Made by a program: the position numbers and the translations under genes | The notes under the pieces: model-generated | What the model saw: only the letters and a program-made list of their open reading frames with translations | Told to the model about the DNA's origin: nothing | Databases searched by the model: none | Part shown: piece by piece, positions 43,837 through 52,583 of the stretch | How the letters are laid out: every line of letters starts with the position of its first letter | Position numbering within the stretch: position 1 is the stretch's first letter | Virus record (IMG/VR): IMGVR_UViG_3300027896_000010 | Location: 1-64,000 of that record | Strand: one strand, 5' to 3' | DNA: 64,000 nt | Source: a virus

Positions 43837-44512
43837 CTATAATCTCTTCATCCCAATCATCAGGAACTTCAACTTTTACTGTGTCGGGCAAATCGATATC
43901 AACATCTTCTCCCAACTCTTCGTCATAAGTATCCCAGTTGATATCAGTTACAATAGCAACCCTTGCAGTTTTATAGATAGCCCCAACCACCCTAGCTATA
44001 ATATCATCAATCTTTTCATCCATACTGTAACTGGCTACCGCTCCAAGCCCCAAGCCCTCTAAAGTTTCATTGAGCTTCTCGGCTAGGTCAGGGTTAGAAT
44101 GGACGAGACGCTTATAGATATACTTCCACGAGCCACCACGAATCCGAACATCTTCCACCATATGCTCTAGCTCTGGCATGGCTTCCAGTACCTCATCTTC
44201 CCATGGCAAGTTCACAGCAATCTCAACTCGTTTAGCCTCAGTTATTTCAGCAACTACTCTAGTTATAATTTCATCAAGATTGTCCATGCCATTTCTCCTA
44301 GCATAGTATGGCATGTCATAAGGAACGACCATGGGTCGTTTACTGATAGGCTGGTCTTCGCCACGTTGGTAGTCCTGACCAGTAGGGGTGGAGATGTTTC
44401 CTCGGAAGGGGTCTAGAAATCCTGTGTAGATTTCGTAGTTGAGAGCTTCATCCTCAACTTCTTTTTCTTCTTCTTCTTTTTCTTTTCTTGGTCTAGATTT
44501 ATATCCCATCAC
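43763..44512 (-). CDS. composite ORF with two internal leader-A units (starts 44286 and 44023)
   Basis: MDNLDEIITRVVAEI; MDEKIDDIIARVVGAI. Confidence 0.7.
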   Translation of the reverse strand: MMGYKSRPRKEKEEEEKEVEDEALNYEIYTGFLDPFRGNISTPTGQDYQRGEDQPISKRPMVVPYDMPYYARRNGMDNLDEIITRVVAEITEAKRVEIAVNLPWEDEVLEAMPELEHMVEDVRIRGGSWKYIYKRLVHSNPDLAEKLNETLEGLGLGAVASYSMDEKIDDIIARVVGAIYKTARVAIVTDINWDTYDEELGEDVDIDLPDTVKVEVPDDWDEEIIDDQIANLVSDEVGWLINSCNWDWE

Positions 44513-44548
44513 CTATACTATAACAACCCCCCCAAGAAAAGATAACTA

Positions 44549-44868
44549 TTACGCTTGATTTTTTTTGGCAGAATATTTGAGAAGTTCTATAGCAAGATAT
44601 TCCTCGTACTCTAGTCGCACTTTAACCCTAGCAACTCCTCGACGTCCACGAGGTGGTCTGACCAGTATAATGTCATCGCTCTCTGGGTATTCGCCAGCGT
44701 TCTTCTTCTCCCAGCCCAAGGGCGATTCTACATAAAGCCAGATAACAAAATTGTCCTGACCCTTGGCAAGCATGTAATCGAAATTCTCATCCAAGAATTC
44801 ACTAAGCTTTGTCTGAAAGATAATTTCGGTCAGTACAACGCCCTTCATGTCATCTACGAAACTCATGC
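44549..44868 (-). CDS. hypothetical protein
   Basis: likely start MSFVDD after AGAGG; the ORF track extends it to 44917. Confidence 0.5.
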
Positions 44869-44923
44869 TACATCCTCTCTTACTCGGTCTTGCAGTTCTA
44901 AGAAAACCATCGTCCAATCATTC

Positions 44924-47900
44924 TCAAACAATCTGTTCACGGCGACGAGCATCCAATTCACCAAGTTTTCCATCATTCCATGAAGACACCTTAGAGAAAT
45001 ATCCAGTTATGCGAGTCATCCCATACACATGCCGTGATTTGCAGAAGGAGCATTTGTCATACAGCCCTCTGGTAGTTTTGCCACAATCCTCGCACACCGT
45101 GAATTCTGGCGAAAAAGCGACCTGCGTACAACCTGTGTTATTATAAATCTTCATCACTACTGTTTCGATACTCGCTGGATATGGTTCGTATTCTCCCAGC
45201 CACACATGACAGATAGCTCCTGCTTTTATGAACTGGTGGAACTGAGATTGCTTCTCAATTCTTTCTATGAAATCAACAGGAGCGTCTGTAGCGAGATGAA
45301 CGCTGTTAGTATAGTAGTAATGACCATTGGAAGTATCACCCTTGACCACGCTCTTAGCCTGTTCTGGGAACTGTTGGAGGTCAAGAGTGGCAAGCCTATA
45401 CCCACTAGACTCTGCGGGAGTCTCTTCAAGAGCAAGTTTGATTTTATACTTATCGCTTGCTATCAAAACTTCTCCAGCCATGCGCCCTATAACGTCCAAG
45501 CCAAATTCAAAAGCCTCATCACTTTCATGTAGCTGGGTGCCTTTGTGAAATTGCACCATCTCATTCAAACCAAAGACGCCAATCAAAAAAGTAGTTTCAT
45601 CAAGCCGAAGGTATGCTTCCCCATCCTCTGATTTCACAAAGAAATTAAGTGGCCCCGCATCACCGATATCAACCAGCCTTTTGATGAACTTCTTTTTCTG
45701 GAGGTGGCTCTTAACTGCAAGCTCGATATGCTCCTTGATAAGCTCGAATAATTTCTTATCATCGCCATCAGCCCTGTACGCCAGCCTTGGCAAGTTAATG
45801 GTGGTATTCTGGAGGGCGGTGAACCGAAGCTTCTCTGGTTGCATGGCTCGTTCCAAATCACGCTCATCCAGCTTCAGGTTAAGGCGGCAGTTATGGGTAA
45901 TAATCCCATTGGGAAGAGAAAACAGTTGGGAATCTGAATCCACTACAAAATCATATACATATTTTTGATTAGGATTTCTCTTGCGCCTATCAACCTCCAC
46001 AACTTCCAGATAAGCCCTGTTTGTCTTATCTCTTTTCGCCTTCCCGAATAGGCACATATTAGGGTAATCTGTACCACCCATGCCATTCAACACCAAATGT
46101 CGTGTGTCCTTAAGAATATTGACTATATAGGAAGTATATTTGTACCCCTCTTTAGTAGTATTAGCCTTATTGGTTCGAATAGAATAATGCGCCCCAACAG
46201 AAACAAGTATAGACGCTATGTCTTTAACCAATTGCTTACTACTCAAATGTATAGAGCAATCATTATCCCTGCTATAGCCATCTCCATCAAACATCCCCTG
46301 TATAAATCCCATCCTGAACGACAAACCCATATTGAATACCCTGCTATATAAACATTTCTCTGGAGCCGTTTTGCCCCCTATATATTCTTTCATCAGGGCG
46401 GTGAACCACTTGCTTTTAACTGAAACTGTACAGGCATTCCATTTCTTATCATAATATATATGCGACAAAGCCCCAAAGCGTTCTTTAGCAAAGCCAATTA
46501 TGAAATCAATTAACTCATCCTCTTTGGGATGAAGACAAAAAATCGTTTCGGACCCCCTGCTACAATACCCTTCGCTTGCGTACAGCCCAACTATTCTGCC
46601 TAGGTCATAATCCCCCAAGCCACTAGAGTCTTCGGACTCCATCAAATCCTTATCGGTTACAGGCAACCAATCCCCAACACTTAAGTCAGAAGCATTTATG
46701 ATTTTATAATCATCCCCATCCAATATCGGTTGTAAATGGTCTTCCGTAACAATAATAGAAGAACCATTAGACAGCGTCACCTTAATCATATATTCTGGCG
46801 AGGGCAATACTATCAACTCTTTCACTTTCGCCCAGCCCTCGGGTGACCATGTTTCCAAACCATCTAGGTCTGAGTAATCCTTGAGAGTACTAAAGTTAAC
46901 ATACTTAACAATATTGTTATGCCTGATAAACACTCTAGTATCACCAGCTAGGCAACATTGAGCCACGCTTGCCCCATCTCTGTCGAACAGGAAATAGGTG
47001 ATGCCCTGCTTGCTTGCCACACTACATATTAATTCAAAGAAACAATCCCAACCCGGGCTATCCATGGCTTCTTGATTGATATGAACTAGTGGCTTGGGGA
47101 AGACAAATGTGGAGCCTCTGGAGTCACCCTTCTTGTAGATTTCAAACAACGCCTTGGCGAACAAATTGGACTCCCACTCAAAGTCTTGATAGGTCACCCA
47201 CCGATAGCCCTCTGGTAATATCTCATCGGTCTCATCGGCAATGATTGTCCCTGTTAGGCCATCATTCTTAACCGCCATGTATTTGCCACCAGAAACAATA
47301 GCAGGAGTATTCTTAAAACGATTTGGGATTCCATAGTAGATATTAAAATCGGAAAATACAGCCTGACCACCACGAGCGCCAGCCAACTGATTAAACTCGA
47401 AGATAAGCATCTGGGCAATCTGCTCGATTTCATCATAGTTCAGCCCACGCAATAGAGGGGCGAAGAAAACGTTGACCGCTTCCCATCCAACTGCCCCAGC
47501 ATAGTTCGCTTGCAATACTGATGCCATCTTCACCATGTGACCGACAAGGACTGCTGAATGTTTTGCTGGACTGCTGGTACTAGTGATATTGGGTAGCCTC
47601 AGTCCATACTTCTTGACATACTCTAGGCTATGTCCACCGCAGTAGGGCCTAACAACTAAGCCTAAGTCATGGACATGGATATCGCCCTTGAGATGAGCCT
47701 CGGCTATGTCTGGAGTAAAAACGTGCTGGAGAGCGTACTGTTTTAAAACTGTTTCTGCTATTGTGAGATTAATACTTTCGGGACTGTAGGGAGTGTTACT
47801 ATTTTCTTTGTTCGCCCCAGTGAGAATGCTATCCAAATTATGGGTTGGAATTCCAAGGATGTTATACTTGGCAAGGGTGCCAGAGTATCCTTCCCTTACA

Positions 47901-48175
47901 AGGATGGAGTTAATCATTTCACGAATCTGGTTCGTGGTGATACGGTCAAATCCTGACTCTATGATTAGGTCTTCTACTTCGTCTGCTATCTCCTGTATTT
48001 TGACTTCACCTAGTCTATGATGGCCTTCCTCTTTAAGGCTGTCTACTATCTTCTGCTTATCCCAAATAACTATCTCTTCACCAGCAAATGCATTAACCAT
48101 TAATGCTACATCTGTGGCGCTTGAAACGGCTCCCCCATTACCATTGCCATTGGTTTTTATAACTTTTACAGGCAT
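44924..48175 (-). CDS. nrdD: anaerobic (class III) ribonucleoside-triphosphate reductase with ATP cone, intein-interrupted
   Basis: ATP-cone WDKQKI; AHLKGDIHVHDL; finger loop AQC|CRL; CEDC..CSFC; glycyl radical RITGY. Confidence 0.93.
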   Translation of the reverse strand: MPVKVIKTNGNGNGGAVSSATDVALMVNAFAGEEIVIWDKQKIVDSLKEEGHHRLGEVKIQEIADEVEDLIIESGFDRITTNQIREMINSILVREGYSGTLAKYNILGIPTHNLDSILTGANKENSNTPYSPESINLTIAETVLKQYALQHVFTPDIAEAHLKGDIHVHDLGLVVRPYCGGHSLEYVKKYGLRLPNITSTSSPAKHSAVLVGHMVKMASVLQANYAGAVGWEAVNVFFAPLLRGLNYDEIEQIAQMLIFEFNQLAGARGGQAVFSDFNIYYGIPNRFKNTPAIVSGGKYMAVKNDGLTGTIIADETDEILPEGYRWVTYQDFEWESNLFAKALFEIYKKGDSRGSTFVFPKPLVHINQEAMDSPGWDCFFELICSVASKQGITYFLFDRDGASVAQCCLAGDTRVFIRHNNIVKYVNFSTLKDYSDLDGLETWSPEGWAKVKELIVLPSPEYMIKVTLSNGSSIIVTEDHLQPILDGDDYKIINASDLSVGDWLPVTDKDLMESEDSSGLGDYDLGRIVGLYASEGYCSRGSETIFCLHPKEDELIDFIIGFAKERFGALSHIYYDKKWNACTVSVKSKWFTALMKEYIGGKTAPEKCLYSRVFNMGLSFRMGFIQGMFDGDGYSRDNDCSIHLSSKQLVKDIASILVSVGAHYSIRTNKANTTKEGYKYTSYIVNILKDTRHLVLNGMGGTDYPNMCLFGKAKRDKTNRAYLEVVEVDRRKRNPNQKYVYDFVVDSDSQLFSLPNGIITHNCRLNLKLDERDLERAMQPEKLRFTALQNTTINLPRLAYRADGDDKKLFELIKEHIELAVKSHLQKKKFIKRLVDIGDAGPLNFFVKSEDGEAYLRLDETTFLIGVFGLNEMVQFHKGTQLHESDEAFEFGLDVIGRMAGEVLIASDKYKIKLALEETPAESSGYRLATLDLQQFPEQAKSVVKGDTSNGHYYYTNSVHLATDAPVDFIERIEKQSQFHQFIKAGAICHVWLGEYEPYPASIETVVMKIYNNTGCTQVAFSPEFTVCEDCGKTTRGLYDKCSFCKSRHVYGMTRITGYFSKVSSWNDGKLGELDARRREQIV
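45890..46954 (-). mobile_element. 355-aa intein with LAGLIDADG homing endonuclease
   Basis: C1 CLAGD, block B VTEDH, LAGLIDADG-type LGRIVGLYASEG and FIQGMFDGDG, ends THN followed by Cys+1. Confidence 0.92.
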
Positions 48176-48229
48176 ACCATACCGCCTTTAAGATAGAAAT
48201 GAATTTGTGAATATACAGAAAATGATGCC

Positions 48230-48844
48230 CTAGTCCTGACTCTTTTTCTTGTCTTCTCCCTGTCCTTTGGGCTTGCCCAAAAACGCTCCACTACCAGAGC
48301 CAGATACGTTTTCCTCAAAGTCAAGCCAATCATTGAAACCATAGTCACGAGTCTTACCGGGGGAGTAGCTCGTCTGTGGATTGCTTGACCTAGCCTCTTC
48401 CTGCAATGCCGCCCTTGCCGATGTCCCGGGTATCATGCCACCGCCAGCAGAATGTCCCTCATTCTCTGGTGGGAGCTTGGTCTCTAACGAGAGAGAATCC
48501 TCATCGCCCTCTCCTTTATCTTCGTCAGCGACTTCTTTATTTTTATTATCTTGCTCCTGATTCTGATTGGTCTCCTCGCCACCAGACATAGTAATCTGGT
48601 CTGGGAATATGGCTACCGTATCATCTTCAAGATTAGGGTCAACATTAGGCCCTTTGCTTTCCCATTCTTCAGGGTCTATATTTTCTCGCCATGCTTCAGC
48701 AAGATTTTCTGAGACTGTGATGCTGTCTGCATTAATAGACTGCACATTGTTCCAGTCAATATTTGCTTTCTCAAGAATTTCTCGCGGGGAATAATCAGAC
48801 ATCTCGTTGGGGGAGACTTTAATTTTGTTGGCTCGTATTCTCAT
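48230..48844 (-). CDS. acidic low-complexity hypothetical protein
   Basis: 204-aa ORF, strong AGGAGG SD. Confidence 0.65.
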   Translation of the reverse strand: MRIRANKIKVSPNEMSDYSPREILEKANIDWNNVQSINADSITVSENLAEAWRENIDPEEWESKGPNVDPNLEDDTVAIFPDQITMSGGEETNQNQEQDNKNKEVADEDKGEGDEDSLSLETKLPPENEGHSAGGGMIPGTSARAALQEEARSSNPQTSYSPGKTRDYGFNDWLDFEENVSGSGSGAFLGKPKGQGEDKKKSQD

Positions 48845-48965
48845 GCTCTCCTCCTATGGTTGCTTATCTAAACCTGAATATCATAGCTACAAGCATAATG
48901 ATTAACAGTATGCAAACTACAGTCCAAAATATTGACATAACCTTGTTCCTTTATAAAAGGTGGAA

Positions 48966-48995
48966 GGGGTAGTTTCATTGGATTGACTCTACCCC
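48966..48995 (-). terminator. possible terminator hairpin
   Basis: GGGGTAG...CTACCCC stem downstream of the 49062 gene. Confidence 0.35.
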
Positions 48996-49061
48996 GCCCA
49001 AGTCACTTACCCATTGAATTGAGCGAGATACTTCCAATAGAAACAATAATCGACCACTAGG

Positions 49062-49562
49062 TCAATTTTCATCATATTGGACAGTAAAAGTGACAGTCCC
49101 TGTGTCGCCCGGAGCCGCCGAAGCAGTCGTTTTTAGCTGTGTCAGGATATATCTAGTATACCCAGCAGCCACCAACGAACCTCCTGCTATACTCACGTTA
49201 GACCCACTTGGCTGAGCCGCTGGAATAGCGAACGTAGCCTTAGCACTAGTAACTGTAGTACCCTGTGCATAAGTCGCATATCCACCAGACGCCCATACCA
49301 AAGCGCAACCCGGCCCTAGACTCCCAGCACTCTGCCAGAATTTGACATTCTGCACCTTATTGAAAGTATCAGTAAAGTGCAGACGAAGCCAAACTTCATA
49401 GGAATTGCTTCCTGCTGTTACAGGGTAACTTGTATAATTCCCGGGAGTAGCATCATCTGCTCGTTTCCAGTTCATCAAGTTTCCCATCGTTCCTAGGTCA
49501 GCATTAGTCGGACCCGGCCCATACGATTGCGCCCATTTGAAAGTTGCGGGAATCGGACTCAC
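49062..49562 (-). CDS. putative virion structural protein (beta-sandwich)
   Basis: NSYEVWLRLHF..NVKFW..YILTQL..FTVQYDEN; start possibly ATT at 49553. Confidence 0.6.
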   Translation of the reverse strand: MSPIPATFKWAQSYGPGPTNADLGTMGNLMNWKRADDATPGNYTSYPVTAGSNSYEVWLRLHFTDTFNKVQNVKFWQSAGSLGPGCALVWASGGYATYAQGTTVTSAKATFAIPAAQPSGSNVSIAGGSLVAAGYTRYILTQLKTTASAAPGDTGTVTFTVQYDEN

Positions 49563-49733
49563 CTCCTTTCTCGTTCATTAAGAACGAGCCGCATTATGCG
49601 GAATTTTAATACCAAACCCTTATCGTCAACTAACTGCCTACTCAATCCTATTCCATATCCTTTCTACCACAAAAATATCAATTCACCTATTCTAGTTCAA
49701 TTAGCCCCAGAAAAGATAACCGACTTTATCATA

Positions 49734-49949
49734 TCAATTTTCGGAGGCTATTCGTTTCTCCGCTGGAACCCGATTAGAATCCAATATCCCTTCTACGCAT
49801 TCACCACACAAACCTTGGAAATGTAATCTGCCCCAAGTATAATCCATCCAAAAATATCCATTAAATTTCCCGCCACACCAATGACAACGTTTATTGTCTA
49901 AAGATTTCCCCCACTCTTCCTCAGATACCCTTTTCCAATAATTGCCCAT
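49734..49949 (-). CDS. small zinc-binding protein
   Basis: CHWC..CGEC. Confidence 0.5.
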   Translation of the reverse strand: MGNYWKRVSEEEWGKSLDNKRCHWCGGKFNGYFWMDYTWGRLHFQGLCGECVEGILDSNRVPAEKRIASEN

Positions 49950-49999
49950 TTCCTTCTCCAGTTCTCCTTCTAATTCTCAGCCAGTGACTCGTCTCCATA

Positions 50000-50527
50000 T
50001 TATCCGACTCTTTCCTTCTTCTTTTTATAATATGCCTTTGCCTTCTCTTTTACTTCTGTTGTGTGTTCTCGATAATATTTTCTATGTTGCCTTATATCCT
50101 GTAATCTGAGGTTCTCTTCCTGATGGTCATAACAATATTTAACCCTGCCATTACCATGTACCGTTTTTGGATACCAAGTGAGTTCTATTTCGCATCCGGG
50201 CCATTGGCAGAAACTTCTTTTGGTGGGAACTCGGTCAGCCTTAACTTCTTCTGCAGTTTCATGGTCTTCTAGCAATAATCGATTTCGATTTGTTTCTTCG
50301 GGTGTTTCGGCTGGAACCAATTCAATTGTCATATGCTCTGTCATGCTCAACTTAACTAGCTTGCCTAATTCATCGTTAGTAAAAGCTCCTACTTTTAGTC
50401 CCAATAATAAAGGGCGTAATGTGCAATCTCTGGGACAAAGGTTAGGCCACCCCTGTTCCATTATACATTCGAAAGTGTCGTCTTCACGATAGTATTGCCA
50501 CCCATGACACAACCGCATTTTTGACAT
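50000..50527 (-). CDS. Cys-rich hypothetical protein
   Basis: start reassigned to MSKMRLC; several Cys pairs, basic tail. Confidence 0.55.
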   Translation of the reverse strand: MSKMRLCHGWQYYREDDTFECIMEQGWPNLCPRDCTLRPLLLGLKVGAFTNDELGKLVKLSMTEHMTIELVPAETPEETNRNRLLLEDHETAEEVKADRVPTKRSFCQWPGCEIELTWYPKTVHGNGRVKYCYDHQEENLRLQDIRQHRKYYREHTTEVKEKAKAYYKKKKERVG

Positions 50528-50563
50528 AATTATTAACTTACCACCTTTCCTTTGCACCTTTGA

Positions 50564-50759
50564 TACTTGCAGGAAACCCAAGCTCAGTACAAGTGGCATC
50601 TAGTGGTTTCGCCTATCTGGGCTTTAGGCTTTTCGCCCATCTTAGGGGCTTATCCCTTAAGGGGCCACCAGAACTACCCAGACCACTCTCGATACTCGTT
50701 CACCCCGATAATGTGGGGCTACTAAAGCACCTCCTCGTTGCTTGGGTTTCCTGCAAGTA
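50564..50759 (-). ncRNA. candidate ~200-nt structured RNA or inverted-repeat element
   Basis: perfect 20-bp inverted repeat (50564-50583 / 50740-50759) enclosing nested stems; promoter just upstream. Confidence 0.55.
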
Positions 50760-50784
50760 CCATCAACCGCATTGCTATTCTAGC

Positions 50785-50813
50785 ATATTAAGACTGTCTT
50801 CGTCATATTGCAA
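50785..50813 (-). promoter_or_regulatory. sigma70-like promoter
   Basis: TTGCAA-N17-TAATAT on the minus strand. Confidence 0.5.
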
Positions 50814-51031
50814 GCCCCGCTTGGTCTTCGGGTTCCAATCAGAAAAATCGCAAATCCAAGGCCCAATACCCTATACTCCCCTCCCTTCAGCAAACTGTGA
50901 AATTATTATTATCAAATAAAACACGCTGGGACTACCTCATTAAACGGCTAACAACGAAGAGAGGAGACGACATTGTTGTTGAGACAAGCGGTGATAAGAC
51001 TTATCTATGGCTGTATAGGCAATCCCAGCGT

Positions 51032-51442
51032 TCAATTCAACATGCTCCTAAACTTTTTCTCGATATCGTCTTGAACCTGATGGTCATCATCTAATCCCAT
51101 CATATCTGATTCCAGCATGCCATTTGCCAGCATTTTTGTCAACAGACAAACAGTAGCCGCAAAGGCCTCATCGGACAACATCATCAGCATAATGGCTCTC
51201 ATCTGGTTGATAACAATATCAGCTATTTCGGGTAGGAGTACACAAATTGGCTCTGGGAATTTGAACTCCAGCTTCCCCATAACCATAGCATCACTATCAG
51301 CTATGAGCGTCTGCTCTTTGATTCCACCATCTTCGCACATCTTCTGGAGTATTTCGTGGGCTTGACCAAGGAGCATCTTCCTGAACTCTTCGAGCATCTC
51401 CGTTCGCCATCCCTCCATCTCGCCTTCGTCATCTGGTTCCAT
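51032..51442 (-). CDS. acidic hypothetical protein
   Basis: 136-aa ORF with SD. Confidence 0.55.
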   Translation of the reverse strand: MEPDDEGEMEGWRTEMLEEFRKMLLGQAHEILQKMCEDGGIKEQTLIADSDAMVMGKLEFKFPEPICVLLPEIADIVINQMRAIMLMMLSDEAFAATVCLLTKMLANGMLESDMMGLDDDHQVQDDIEKKFRSMLN

Positions 51443-51452
51443 ATCGTTTCTC

Positions 51453-51887
51453 CTATTCTTCTACGTCTACATATTCTTTGGTTGGAGTATAAGGGAATTC
51501 AATGTCCACTCTGCTCTCATACTTTGTCCAACACGTTCCGTTCGACTCTCGAAATACTTTCCCCTCACTATCATATGCTTGCCCGTTCTTCTTAAAAACG
51601 TGACCACATCTTTTGTTTTGATACTCGTTCTCGCCTATCTCGTTCCACTCGTCGTCTGTTCCTTGCAACGATGTTAACGGCTCAAAAGCCGCAACTCGCT
51701 TGAACATCCCAAGAGTTATACCGGCTGACATCCCGCTATGCCCCTGCTTGGCAAATACTCTTATAAGCTCCAAGACGGCCTCTGCACACATCTTGTTATA
51801 CTCTGCATACATATCGCCCTTCTCTTTCATCATCCCCGCCGCTATCAATTCATCTTTCGCGTAATCTTCCAGACTAGCCATCATCAT
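51453..51887 (-). CDS. hypothetical phage protein
   Basis: FAKQGHSGMSA, EPLT.L.G.DDEW, QNKRC..VFK motifs. Confidence 0.6.
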   Translation of the reverse strand: MMMASLEDYAKDELIAAGMMKEKGDMYAEYNKMCAEAVLELIRVFAKQGHSGMSAGITLGMFKRVAAFEPLTSLQGTDDEWNEIGENEYQNKRCGHVFKKNGQAYDSEGKVFRESNGTCWTKYESRVDIEFPYTPTKEYVDVEE

Positions 51888-51890
51888 CTC

Positions 51891-52583
51891 CTATACCTTG
51901 TCTTCTAGCATCTTCGCTACTCTCTTCGCCTCTTTGCTATGATGCCCCTTCCTTGACACGATATAATCTGAGACAGAGAGAATCCAGAAAACGTCCATCC
52001 CTTGATTTGGTATGGAATCATAAATCCCCATATGCTTCTCTACCGACATACATATATCTTTGATTGTCTTGCTAGGTAATTTGCCCTTGGCGAACTTGGC
52101 AAACTCGTTAGCTACAAGTTGACCATGGTCTGCTGTGGCTCTTACGGCTTTCTTCTTCGCCATCCGTTCATAGTCTTTCTGCGTCCCATATTTGAAAGCA
52201 TCGTGAATCAAAATAGCTACCCTGAGAATATCAACCTCATACAATGGTAATCTGGTTCCATTGACACCTTTAATCATATCTTCCATACACTCAAGCATGG
52301 CAAGGTTATGGATGAACAACCCACCTTCAACATTCATCTCTGCTGGATGATATTGCTGGGAACCTGAGGCTGTCATCGTCAGGAAATACTGAGGGATTTG
52401 ATTGGCTAAAAACCCTCTCACTATTAATCGTAACTTTTCATCTTCTATCTTATCTGTAGCTTTTTCCAGTTCACCTTCAAGCATCAACCTTTTCGTTTCC
52501 CTGTTCAACATCCGTCTCCTTCCCCTTGACATCAGCCTCTCTAACCTCAACCTCAGTTCGTTGCTTTGGTGGTGGCGCTCCAA
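51891..52583 (-). CDS. HD-domain phosphohydrolase
   Basis: FIH..ILIHDAFK..DHG..KHMG..SD; true start probably downstream of the ORF-track start. Confidence 0.78.
   Translation of the reverse strand: MERHHQSNELRLRLERLMSRGRRRMLNRETKRLMLEGELEKATDKIEDEKLRLIVRGFLANQIPQYFLTMTASGSQQYHPAEMNVEGGLFIHNLAMLECMEDMIKGVNGTRLPLYEVDILRVAILIHDAFKYGTQKDYERMAKKKAVRATADHGQLVANEFAKFAKGKLPSKTIKDICMSVEKHMGIYDSIPNQGMDVFWILSVSDYIVSRKGHHSKEAKRVAKMLEDKV

Noticed and set aside
22166-44512. Leader repeats as a CRISPR array or integron attC cassette array
   Set aside because: The repeats are coding and in frame, differ mainly at synonymous positions, are irregularly spaced and are not palindromic; no cas or integrase gene is in the window.
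48932-48957. Plus-strand promoter TTGACA..TATAAA
   Set aside because: The spacer is only 14 nt and there is no plus-strand gene downstream.
50600-50640. Hammerhead ribozyme (CGAAAC present)
   Set aside because: No matching CUGANGA core was found.
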